From NCBI GenBank assembly GCA_903831745.1, contig CAIKYX010000130.1, forward strand, positions 5,653 through 69,652: a stretch of DNA of 64,000 nucleotides, in the 5' to 3' direction. Below are positions 48,615-57,572 of this stretch, piece after piece. The notes beneath the pieces are model-generated. The model did no database searches. It saw only the letters and a list, made by a program, of their open reading frames with translations, and was not told the DNA's origin. Each line of letters starts with the position of its first letter. Within the stretch, counting starts at the first letter, position 1. The DNA is from Oligoflexia bacterium (lineage in GTDB: Bacteria > Bdellovibrionota > UBA1018 > CAIMNF01). A program made the position numbers and the translations under genes.

Positions 48615-49306
48615 AAGCCCTCTTGCTTGCAGCCGGTCTCGGCACGCGCCTTCGCCCACTCACCCTCACCACACCCAAATGCCTGGTTCCCATTGCAGGC
48701 AAACCCCTTCTCGAATATTGGCTCGAAAAACTCGAATCAGAAAACATCGACACACTGATCAACACCCACTATATGAGCGAACTGGTGATTGAGTACCTAA
48801 AGGGGCATCCTCATCGAAATCGAATCGAAACCGTATCGGAAACAATCTTACTGGGTACCGGCGGAACCCTGTTAAAGAACCGAAAGTTCTTCGCAAATGA
48901 TTCGATCTTACTTGTTCATGCCGACAATCTTTCGCGCTTTTCTTTGCCGGCCTTTCAGAAGGCGCATGCCGAACGCCCGAGCGGTTGCGTAATGACCATG
49001 ATGACGTTTGAATCTCCGGCTCCAGAAACCTGCGGAATTCTCGAGTTAGATTCGCGCGGTGTCGTGACTCGCATGCACGAAAAAGTAAAAAATCCACCCG
49101 GAAATCTGGCCAACGCTGCGGTTTATATTCTCGAGCCCTCCATCATGGCGCATTTGGAAAGCTTGGGCCGCGACGTCATTGATTTCAGCACGGAGGTCAT
49201 TCCACATTTTCTGGGTAAGATCGCCACTTTTGCCAATACCGATTATCACCGCGACATCGGGTCGATCGAGAGTTACGAGAAAGCGAACCTCGATTTTAAG
49301 ACTTAA
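48611..49306 (+). CDS. Sugar-1-phosphate nucleotidyltransferase (HddC/GMP-like, GlmU-fold)
   Basis: About 231 aa. TTG start overlaps the upstream stop (TTGA). [36 protein letters not shown] is the G-x-G-T-R-L NTP-transferase motif. Confidence 0.78.
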   Translation: [231 protein letters not shown]

Positions 49307-50162
49307 AGTATTCCTCGATCACTTCGTCGAGTGACTGAAACTTCAATCCCAATTCCTGCTGCGCCTTTTGATTACTCAGCGTACTGTTCACTGGGCGAAT
49401 TTCGCGCCCAGTAATATCGCGCGACTCACTTTCGTGAATGACCGTGCTCGAGCCTAATTTGTTCTTGATCGCTCGCCCGATTTCGAACCAGGTATATCCA
49501 GCATTCATAGCGAGATGAAACGTACCATTGAGTTTGCATAATAAAACCGCCTCGACCGCACTGGCCACGTCTTTTGCCGACACCGGAGTGAGTTTTCGAT
49601 CACTGGTCAGCGTGAGTTCGATACCTGCTTTCAGTTTTCGGCTCAGATCTGAAATCGGATTCTTTGCATGGTCGGAAGACGACAAAATCCGCGCGGTTCT
49701 GAAGACCACACCATTTGAAAAATTCTCGGTGATCCATGTTTCGAGCTCGACCTTGTGTTGACCATAAACCATTGAAGGCTTTGGAGTTTCGCTTTCTACA
49801 GAAAAAGCATTTACCCCTGAAAACACGTTATTACTTGAAAAAAGAACCGGTTTTATACCTGAATTCACCAAGGGAAGGAGTAACTTTTGGTATCCCAAGA
49901 AATTGATCTGTCTCGACTTCATTGGATCCTTCAAGCACAGATCGACATCGGTCATTGCGGCCACCAGCAGTAGCACTTCAATTTGGTTTTTTTGGATGTA
50001 AGCTCGTAAAGAATCCGGATTTGGATTCTCAAGATCAATACCATCGGCCCGGTTCATTACCTGAACTTCATGCCGAAGAGCAAGAAGCCTCGAGAGTTCA
50101 GTTCCTAAAAACCCTGTGCCTCCGAGAATCAGAACCTTGGGGTTTTGAACCTCATTGCTCAT
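49296..50162 (-). CDS. NAD(P)-dependent sugar reductase/epimerase, RmlD-like SDR
   Basis: 288 aa. KVLILGGTGFLGTELSRLL glycine-rich motif. YGQHKVELE (YxxxK). Size and architecture like dTDP-4-dehydrorhamnose reductase. Confidence 0.72.
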   Translation of the reverse strand: MSNEVQNPKVLILGGTGFLGTELSRLLALRHEVQVMNRADGIDLENPNPDSLRAYIQKNQIEVLLLVAAMTDVDLCLKDPMKSRQINFLGYQKLLLPLVNSGIKPVLFSSNNVFSGVNAFSVESETPKPSMVYGQHKVELETWITENFSNGVVFRTARILSSSDHAKNPISDLSRKLKAGIELTLTSDRKLTPVSAKDVASAVEAVLLCKLNGTFHLAMNAGYTWFEIGRAIKNKLGSSTVIHESESRDITGREIRPVNSTLSNQKAQQELGLKFQSLDEVIEEYFKS

Positions 50163-50950
50163 GAGGCTGGCTTTTGCTTGGTTGAACGTCGGGTAAAAAT
50201 AATGCCCCGAATTCTTCGAATCAAAATCTGAAGCACGCTATGGCTCACGGAAAGGACGTTGATCATCCGAAATGCTTTTGAGATTCCACTTTCTCGATCC
50301 AGGTTCTTGATCTCGACTTCGACGTAGGTTGCACCTTCTTCAAGAAGCCGCGTCAGCACTTCGGCTTGATAGGCAAAACCATAGGTATCCGAATGCCAGC
50401 GAATAATATTAATACGTCGGTGCAAGACCGGGCCATTGTAATAAGAAATATGATTTCCGGTGATCGTGTTGATCAACCAGGTAAAAAACTGAGACAATCG
50501 CACTCTCGACATCGCACGACTGTCTTGCGATCCAAAATGCGGAATAACCATGTCCGCTTTGCCTTTTTGAGCCAAGATCGCTTCGATGGCTTCTTGAGGT
50601 TCGGCATTATCGCCATTGACGAGCATAATGAATTCGCCCGAAGCCAAATACGCAGCGTCGACATAGTTACGGCCCAGGCCACGATTCGTTGTATTGATGA
50701 TCAAATCGATTCGCACATGGGGATGGCCCTGCTTGTACGCCTTGATCTTAGAAATTGTCTGATCCTTTGATCCATCATCCACAATTAGAATCTGATAGGT
50801 GTAGGTAAATTTCGAAACTGCGGCATGAATATTCTCGATCGTGGGAACAATGTTTTTTTCTTCATCCATGCACGGAACAAAGAAAGTGACATCACAATCG
50901 GACTTGATTTCAAATGTTAACTCGCTTCCGAGCCCTCGATTTACATACAT
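50159..50950 (-). CDS. GT2 polyprenyl-phosphate glycosyltransferase (DPM1/ArnC-like)
   Basis: 263 aa. ILIVDDGSKDQT ... LVNGDNAEPQEAI ... (DxD). C-terminal basic tail. 4-nt overlap with the RmlD-like gene. Confidence 0.8.
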   Translation of the reverse strand: MYVNRGLGSELTFEIKSDCDVTFFVPCMDEEKNIVPTIENIHAAVSKFTYTYQILIVDDGSKDQTISKIKAYKQGHPHVRIDLIINTTNRGLGRNYVDAAYLASGEFIMLVNGDNAEPQEAIEAILAQKGKADMVIPHFGSQDSRAMSRVRLSQFFTWLINTITGNHISYYNGPVLHRRINIIRWHSDTYGFAYQAEVLTRLLEEGATYVEVEIKNLDRESGISKAFRMINVLSVSHSVLQILIRRIRGIIFTRRSTKQKPAS

Positions 50951-50955
50951 GTGTT

Positions 50956-51444
50956 TTACCCCGTTCGATCCAAATTATAAAAATGCTGAAAAAAGATCAA
51001 GATCTTCGCTAAACCGCCGGCCTTTGAGGTACACCGAAGCGATCCATCCGGTGCACGGGTCAGCCAATTTCCCTGCACTAACCAGTCTACTCGGCTGATA
51101 AACATCGAGTCAGGCGAATACGTGTGAAGAATCTGCTCGATCGTCAGTTCTTGATTCTCGCTCTGCCTGATTTCTTCCAGAATGCGGATCGAAACCGAAC
51201 GCTCCATCCCCACATAGAGATGAAAATACATGATGATGAACAAGGCATAGACGGCAATTCCAAGCGAAGTGACCAGAGCACCCTGGATAAGAAATCCAGC
51301 ACCAAATCCGAGAATCGCAAGCAAGATCAACAACTTCAGAGATGCTAGTGCTTTTAAATAACGCCAAATTACGAGATGCGCTCCCAGAAAAATCAGGAGG
51401 CTAAAAAGTGGAAACTTCAAATCCTGAAGCAGTTCGCAATTCAT
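50956..51444 (-). CDS. Membrane-anchored protein with C-terminal winged-helix-like domain (paralog 1)
   Basis: 162 aa. Two or three N-terminal TM helices, then SIRILEEIRQSENQELTIEQILHTY...ISRVDWLVQGNWLT...DGSLRCTSKAGGLAKI (MarR/winged-helix-like pattern). Confidence 0.5.
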   Translation of the reverse strand: MNCELLQDLKFPLFSLLIFLGAHLVIWRYLKALASLKLLILLAILGFGAGFLIQGALVTSLGIAVYALFIIMYFHLYVGMERSVSIRILEEIRQSENQELTIEQILHTYSPDSMFISRVDWLVQGNWLTRAPDGSLRCTSKAGGLAKILIFFQHFYNLDRTG

Positions 51445-51923
51445 CCTCCAGCTCCCATGCGAAGCATGGTTTTATAGCTTCGGCTCAGAAAGACGATCGC
51501 TTTAGAACGGGTAAAATCAGCCCGCAAGCGATTCTGATTCATAGTAAGTAAACCAGAGGCAGCCATTCCTTCGATTCGTTTTTTCAGGAGTCCAGTAGGA
51601 CCCATGCCATTTCCGTATTGAACCATCAACTCTGAAACCGTAATCGGCTGACGTTCATGCACGAGCTTGATGATGTGAAATGAAAACCCACGACAGATCA
51701 TCGAGAAAAACTCGAGATAAAATAAAAACACCGCAATATTAGTTACCAGGGCCGTGAGGAGTTCTTTTGAGTTCAGACAAAAAACCACCGCGCAGGCAAT
51801 GGTAAAAACGAGTGACCCAACCCACGAAAACACCATGGCTTTTGCGAAGCCATTTTTGAGGATGCGAAGAAGGATCACATGAGTCAGCATCAAAATGAGA
51901 CCGGACGTGATTCCTATGATCAT
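51441..51923 (-). CDS. Membrane-anchored protein with C-terminal winged-helix-like domain (paralog 2)
   Basis: 160 aa. Same architecture as 50956..51444 (SFHIIKLVHERQPITVSELMVQYGNGMGPTGLLKKRIEGMAASGLLTM). 4-nt overlaps with both neighbours. Confidence 0.5.
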   Translation of the reverse strand: MIIGITSGLILMLTHVILLRILKNGFAKAMVFSWVGSLVFTIACAVVFCLNSKELLTALVTNIAVFLFYLEFFSMICRGFSFHIIKLVHERQPITVSELMVQYGNGMGPTGLLKKRIEGMAASGLLTMNQNRLRADFTRSKAIVFLSRSYKTMLRMGAGG

Positions 51924-52523
51924 CTAGTAGGTGCTCGCTGGCCCTTTGTTTTCGATATAACTGCGAAGGTACTGGCTGCTGAGATGCGAAAACATCAGTT
52001 GTGCATCTTCGACCGAGCCGTAATTGTGGGATTTGAAATGAAAGTTCACATCGGCAACTTCCTTGAGTTTGCCACCAGAAAACCCTACGAGAGCGATGGT
52101 TTTTCCGCCGTGCTTGCGGGTGAATTGCGCTGCCTGAACCACGTTTTCGGAATTACCTGAAGCGGAGATGGCAATCAAGACCGAGTCGGGTTCCCATAAG
52201 CTTTTCAATTGCTCAACAAAAACAGTTTGATAGCCACAATCATTTCCGTACGCAGTCAGCGTGCTCATGTTGTCAGCAAGTCCTACGACTTTGAGGCGTA
52301 ATTTGCCATCTACGACAGTGCCTTTGATCAGGTCATTGACCATGTGATTACTGGTGCCGGCAGAACCACCATTTCCGCAAATAAAAACAGGTCGTCGAGC
52401 CAGATAGGCATCGATGAGAATTTTCGTCGCTTCAGCGAAAGCGGGCCCCTGATATTCGTTGAAGAGCGGGAGTGTCTGGTTTAAGTATTGCGCGACAAAA
52501 GCGTCAGTTTGCTCCATGGACAA
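51924..52523 (-). CDS. gmhA: Phosphoheptose (sedoheptulose-7-phosphate) isomerase, SIS domain
   Basis: 199 aa. RPVFICGNGGSAGTSNHMVNDL and LIAISASGNSENVVQAAQFTRKHGGKTIALVGFSGG are classic GmhA motifs. Confidence 0.85.
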   Translation of the reverse strand: MSMEQTDAFVAQYLNQTLPLFNEYQGPAFAEATKILIDAYLARRPVFICGNGGSAGTSNHMVNDLIKGTVVDGKLRLKVVGLADNMSTLTAYGNDCGYQTVFVEQLKSLWEPDSVLIAISASGNSENVVQAAQFTRKHGGKTIALVGFSGGKLKEVADVNFHFKSHNYGSVEDAQLMFSHLSSQYLRSYIENKGPASTY

Positions 52524-52579
52524 AATCCCTTTTTGGATGTGTTTTTATTGAAAAACAAGTATGTTACGGTTAGGATGGC

Positions 52580-53758
52580 ATGTCAAGAACCATGAATAAA
52601 TCTGCACCGGTTAACCATAATTTTTTGCCTGAGCAATATCGTTCGACCGGCCAAGCCGGAATCAATCACAATTACCTACACTCACAGTTTTCTGATTATC
52701 CTGAGATTTTCAAAAGACTCGAATCCTTGATTATTCAAGGCGATTTTACATTAGGAAAAGCGGTTGATGAATTCGAGGCCCGTGTTGCCAAAATTTCCCA
52801 AACCGAATTCGCCATCGGCGTGGGCAGCGGAACCGATGCGTTATTTTTAAGTTTGAAGGCACTGGGCATTGGTCCGGGTGACGAAGTCATCACCACCCCC
52901 TACACCTTTTTCGCGACAATCGGAGCGATTGTCACCGCTGGCGCCCGTCCCGTGTTTGCAGACATCGGAGATGATTTTAATATCGATCCCAAAAACATCG
53001 AGAAAGTCATCACGTCAAAAACCAAAGCCATTCTTCCGGTTCATTGGGCCGGTCTGATTTGCGACATGAATGCAATTCAATCAATCGCCAAAGCCAACAA
53101 ACTTTCGATTGTCGAAGACGCCTGTCATGCAATTCAAGCAACCTATCAAGGACGTCCTTCGGGCTCACTGAGTGACGCCGGTTGCTTCTCGATGCATCCG
53201 CTTAAGAATCTGAATGTATGGGGAGACGGCGGCTTCATCACCACGAATTCTCGCGAGCTTCATGACCGATTGGTTCTGCTTCGCAATCACGGACTTCTGA
53301 ATCGCGATCAATGCGCGGTGTTCGCTTACAATTCGAGACTCGATACCCTGCAGGCGATCGTGGCAAATTTTTTGCTCGAGAAGAAACTCGATAACATTAC
53401 CCAAAAGCGGATCGAGAATGCGGCCAATTACGATGCCCTTCTCGCTGATTGCCCAGGCATTCGCATTCCGGCAAGACCATCCGATCGAAAACAAGTCTAT
53501 CACCTGTACATCGTTCGAGCTGAACGTCGCGATGACTTGGTTACTTTTCTGAATGCCAATGGAGTTGATGCAAAAGTCCATTACCCGATTCCGATGCACC
53601 TTCAACCTGCCGCTCTCGAATACGGTTATCACGTGGGCGATTTTCCGGTGGCCGAACGCACCTGCAATGAAGTGATCTCGCTTCCGGTACATGAGTTCAT
53701 TACCCGCGACAACTGTGAACACGTGGCCAAAAAGATCAGAGAGTTTTACCAACGATGA
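52580..53758 (+). CDS. DegT/DnrJ/EryC1/StrS-family sugar aminotransferase (copy 1)
   Basis: 392 aa. AIGVGSGTDALFLSLKALGIGPGDEVITTPYTF ... CFSMHPLKNLNVWGDGG (PLP-Lys). Confidence 0.85.
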   Translation: MSRTMNKSAPVNHNFLPEQYRSTGQAGINHNYLHSQFSDYPEIFKRLESLIIQGDFTLGKAVDEFEARVAKISQTEFAIGVGSGTDALFLSLKALGIGPGDEVITTPYTFFATIGAIVTAGARPVFADIGDDFNIDPKNIEKVITSKTKAILPVHWAGLICDMNAIQSIAKANKLSIVEDACHAIQATYQGRPSGSLSDAGCFSMHPLKNLNVWGDGGFITTNSRELHDRLVLLRNHGLLNRDQCAVFAYNSRLDTLQAIVANFLLEKKLDNITQKRIENAANYDALLADCPGIRIPARPSDRKQVYHLYIVRAERRDDLVTFLNANGVDAKVHYPIPMHLQPAALEYGYHVGDFPVAERTCNEVISLPVHEFITRDNCEHVAKKIREFYQR

Positions 53759-54861
53759 ATTCAATACGCGTCCCTTTCGTCAATCTGGGTCTTCAATATC
53801 AAGGCATGCGAGATCAAATCATCGCCGAAATCGATCGCATTTCGCTTGCCGGACAATACATTCAGTCGCCTGATGTCGAGAAATTTGAAAAAGGCTTTGC
53901 TCACTATTGCGGAACCCAAGACGCAGTGGCAGTGGGTAACGGTGGCGACGCCCTTTATTTTTCACTGCTGGCGATCGACGTAGGGCCCGGAGATGAAGTC
54001 ATTGTTCCCGCAAATTCATTTGTGGCGTCTGCCTGGGCAGTGGCAGGTTGCGGGGCCAAAGTTGTTTTTGTAGATGTCACTTCGGATTACAATATCGATC
54101 CTGCTTTGGTCAAAAAGGCGATCACGCCAAAAACCAAAGCAATCATGCCGGTGCACCTGACCGGTCGCCCGGCACCCATGAATGAAATTCTCGAAATTGC
54201 CAAGCAACATGGCCTGCACGTTATTGAAGACGCCGCTCAAGCCGTAGGCGCCACCTACTACGGAAAAAAAACAGGCTCGATGGGCACTACCGGTTGTTTC
54301 AGCCTGCATCCCCTTAAAAATCTTCATGTTCTGGGCGATGGTGGAATTATCTCGCTGAACGATACGAAGCTTGCATCAAAAATCAGACTCTGGAGAAATC
54401 ACGGCCTTAAGAATCGTGATGAATGTGTGTTCTGGGGCAGAAATTCGAGACTCGACAGCATTCAGGCGGCGATTGCCAATCTCAAGCTCCCTCTGCTCGA
54501 TCAATGGAATGACCGCTTTCGGGCGATTGCAGGGCGCTACTCACAAGAACTCGGTGAGTTCGTCAGCGTGCCCGTGGATCGACCGTACGAGCACAGCGTG
54601 TTTCATCGCTACATCATCACGACCGAAAAACGCGATTCACTTCAAAACTTTTTAACCGAGCGCGGAGTCGAAACCAAGGTAAACTACCCTATTCCTTTGC
54701 ACTTGCAAGAAGCAGCCGGGCCTTATCCTGTCGGCTCTTTTCCGGTTGCAGAAAAGCTCGCAAAAACCATTTTGAGCCTGCCCGTCTATGCAGAGATGCA
54801 GGATTCACAAATTGATATTGTCATCGAAGAAGTAAAACAATTTTTTAGAAAGAAGATCTAG
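53755..54861 (+). CDS. DegT-family sugar aminotransferase (copy 2, tandem paralog)
   Basis: 368 aa. MNSIRVPFVNLGLQYQGMRDQI ... CFSLHPLKNLHVLGDGG. ATGA overlap with copy 1. Confidence 0.88.
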   Translation: MNSIRVPFVNLGLQYQGMRDQIIAEIDRISLAGQYIQSPDVEKFEKGFAHYCGTQDAVAVGNGGDALYFSLLAIDVGPGDEVIVPANSFVASAWAVAGCGAKVVFVDVTSDYNIDPALVKKAITPKTKAIMPVHLTGRPAPMNEILEIAKQHGLHVIEDAAQAVGATYYGKKTGSMGTTGCFSLHPLKNLHVLGDGGIISLNDTKLASKIRLWRNHGLKNRDECVFWGRNSRLDSIQAAIANLKLPLLDQWNDRFRAIAGRYSQELGEFVSVPVDRPYEHSVFHRYIITTEKRDSLQNFLTERGVETKVNYPIPLHLQEAAGPYPVGSFPVAEKLAKTILSLPVYAEMQDSQIDIVIEEVKQFFRKKI

Positions 54862-54864
54862 ATC

Positions 54865-55905
54865 ATGGCGTCTCAGAAGATATTGGTTACCGGTGGTTTT
54901 GGTTACGTAGGCAGCAGACTGACTCCGCTTTTGCTCGAACAAGGACATGATGTTCGCGTACTCGATTTGAATCTGTACGGCGACGACGGCTTACAGGCTC
55001 TCGAAAAACATCCTCAATATCAGAATTTTAAATCACGTTTTCAATTCATCCGTGGCGATATCCGCCATCCGGAAGTGGTAGAAAAGGCGCTTGCCGGACG
55101 AGAAGCCGTCATTCACCTGGCCGCCATCTCGAATGATCCCACCGGCGAAATCGACGAAACCCTGACCCGCCAGGTTAACTTCGATGCAGTTGGATTGCTT
55201 TTGGCCAAAGCCAAGAGCGCGGGCATCAAACGTTTTATCAGCGCGTCTTCGAGCAGCGTTTTTGGAATCAAGAATGAAGAGAATGTGACCGAGGATCTCG
55301 AACCAGAACCGATCACTTCTTATTCAAAATACAAAATGCTTTCTGAATGGTTAGTACTCTCGGCTTCGTCACCAGAATTCACGACCGTGAGCATTCGCCC
55401 GGCTACCATTTGTGGCTATTCGCCCAGACAGCGTTTCGATCTGACGGTAAACAAGCTGACAGCCGATGGAGTCACTAAGAAAAAGATCACTGTCCATGGC
55501 GGCCAGCAACGTCGCCCGAATCTCGGCATGACCGACATGATCAACCTGTATTGCCATTTGCTTGATGTTCCATCAGCGCTCATCAACGGACGCACTTTTA
55601 ACTTTGGCTTCGAAAACATGAAGGTCATCGAGATTGCAAACGAGATTCAAAAGCAATTGTCCGACCTGAACGCCGAAATCGTGGTCACGGACACAACCGA
55701 TCGCCGCGATTATCATATTTCTTCAAGCAAGATCCTGCGCGAACTGAAATATGAACCCATCAGCTCAGTTCGCCGAGAAGTTCAGGAACTGAAGAAAATG
55801 CTGCTCTCGGGTGCTTTTTCGGATATCGAAGATGCACGTCACTACAACATGAAATCAATGAATATCAAGCGCGACAAATCGCCTTATTCATTCTTATCAA
55901 AATAA
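54865..55905 (+). CDS. NAD-dependent sugar epimerase/dehydratase (extended SDR)
   Basis: 346 aa. KILVTGGFGYVGSRL, YSKYKMLSE (YxxxK). Confidence 0.85.
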   Translation: MASQKILVTGGFGYVGSRLTPLLLEQGHDVRVLDLNLYGDDGLQALEKHPQYQNFKSRFQFIRGDIRHPEVVEKALAGREAVIHLAAISNDPTGEIDETLTRQVNFDAVGLLLAKAKSAGIKRFISASSSSVFGIKNEENVTEDLEPEPITSYSKYKMLSEWLVLSASSPEFTTVSIRPATICGYSPRQRFDLTVNKLTADGVTKKKITVHGGQQRRPNLGMTDMINLYCHLLDVPSALINGRTFNFGFENMKVIEIANEIQKQLSDLNAEIVVTDTTDRRDYHISSSKILRELKYEPISSVRREVQELKKMLLSGAFSDIEDARHYNMKSMNIKRDKSPYSFLSK

Positions 55906-55920
55906 GAATCGGGGGATTCC

Positions 55921-56580
55921 ATGCAACAAGAAATTGATTTGATGAAAAACTATCCCCGCACGAAGCGCGATCCTATGGCCCGTGCGGCTGAAAAAACCGA
56001 AGCAGACCGAAACATTGCCCGCCAGTTCGGCCGCGAGTTTTTTGATGGAGACCGAAAGACCGGTTACGGCGGATTCAGTTATCAATCGCGTTTCTGGCAG
56101 CCCGTCATTCCGGACTTTGTAAAGCACTTCGACCTGACGTCCGCATCTTCGGTGTTGGATGTGGGCTGCGCCAAAGGCTTCATGCTGTTTGATTTTATGC
56201 AGCTCGTGCCAGGCATCACGGTCGCCGGAATCGACATTTCTTCGTATGCGATCGAAAACGCGGTCGAAGCGGTCAAACCCTTTGTAAAAGTTGCGGATGC
56301 GCGAAAACTTCCGTTTGCCGACAAATCATTCGATGTGGTCATTTCGATTACTACGGTTCATAATTTTGATCGCGCCGAGCTCATTCAGTCGCTTCAAGAA
56401 ATCGAACGGGTGCAAAGAAAAGGATCCTTCATCACCATCGATGCTTACCGCACCGAAGACGAGAAGAAGATGATGGATGCCTGGAACCTCACTGCAAAAA
56501 CCGTTCTGCACGTCGACGAATGGAAGAAGCTCTTTAAAGAAGCCGGATTCACCGGAGATTATTATTGGTTCATGCCATGA
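55921..56580 (+). CDS. Class I SAM-dependent methyltransferase
   Basis: 219 aa. VLDVGCAKGFMLFDF (motif I), FDVVISITTVHNF (motif II/III region). Confidence 0.8.
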   Translation: MQQEIDLMKNYPRTKRDPMARAAEKTEADRNIARQFGREFFDGDRKTGYGGFSYQSRFWQPVIPDFVKHFDLTSASSVLDVGCAKGFMLFDFMQLVPGITVAGIDISSYAIENAVEAVKPFVKVADARKLPFADKSFDVVISITTVHNFDRAELIQSLQEIERVQRKGSFITIDAYRTEDEKKMMDAWNLTAKTVLHVDEWKKLFKEAGFTGDYYWFMP

Positions 56581-57572
56581 ACACACTTCAATCTAAGGAA
56601 ATGTACGAGAAGTTGTTCCTGATCCGAGAGGCCGAGCAAGCGATTGCCCGTGTTTATCCGGAAGGCGAAATTCGTTGCCCAACCCACTTAAGTATCGGCC
56701 AAGAAGCGGTTCCTGCCGCTATGGGGCTTGCGACCACTTCACAAGATCTGGCAGTCAGCACGCACCGATGTCATGCCCATTACTTAGGTAAGGGCGGATC
56801 GCTTCGTGGAATGTTCGCGGAACTCTACGGCAAGGTGACGGGTTGCACTCGGGGCCGCGGAGGCTCGATGCACCTGATGGATGAATCGGTTGGTTTCATG
56901 GGCAGTACCGCCATTGTCGCCAACAGTATTCCTGTAGGAGTAGGTCTGGCGCTTTCGATGCAACTCAAGAAGCAAAAGAACGTCAGCCTCATTTTTTTCG
57001 GAGACGGCGCAACCGAAGAAGGCGCATTTTATGAAGCTGCCAACTTTGCGGCCCTTCGTAAACTTCCTGCCTTGTTTCTCTGCGAAAATAATCTTTATTC
57101 TGTTTATTCCTCACTGAAGCCAAGACAACCCGAAGGTCGAAAGATTGTAGAAGTGGCCAAGGCCATAGGCCTTCACACCGAAATCGCCAACGGAAATGAT
57201 GCCGAAGAATGTTTTCGCGTCATCTCTGAGGCGAAGCAAAGAGCGATCAATGGCGAAGGCGCCCAATTCATCGAATTTTTTACTTATCGTTGGCTCGAGC
57301 ACTGTGGACCGTTCATCGATCAACACCTCAAGTACCGCGCAGACGATGAATTCGCAAAATGGAAGGCGATGGATCCCGTCGCCAGCTTCCGCGAGAAAAT
57401 GCTGAAGAATGGTACGCTGACTGAATCCCAAATGATGGGTATCGAAAAGAACGTTCTCGACTCGATTGCGGATGCCATTACTTTTTCAAAGGAATCGCCC
57501 TATCCGGAAGCAAGCGAAGCTTTTGGGCCCATCTACAAGGAACGTAACCATTCGGCGGGAGCTTCGAAATGA
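56577..57572 (+). CDS. Thiamine-diphosphate-dependent dehydrogenase E1 alpha-like subunit
   Basis: About 331 aa. ThDP-binding GDG...N motif region GGSMHLMD...IFFGDGATEEGAFYEAANFAAL...FLCENNLYS. ATGA overlap with the methyltransferase. Confidence 0.85.
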   Translation: MNTLQSKEMYEKLFLIREAEQAIARVYPEGEIRCPTHLSIGQEAVPAAMGLATTSQDLAVSTHRCHAHYLGKGGSLRGMFAELYGKVTGCTRGRGGSMHLMDESVGFMGSTAIVANSIPVGVGLALSMQLKKQKNVSLIFFGDGATEEGAFYEAANFAALRKLPALFLCENNLYSVYSSLKPRQPEGRKIVEVAKAIGLHTEIANGNDAEECFRVISEAKQRAINGEGAQFIEFFTYRWLEHCGPFIDQHLKYRADDEFAKWKAMDPVASFREKMLKNGTLTESQMMGIEKNVLDSIADAITFSKESPYPEASEAFGPIYKERNHSAGASK

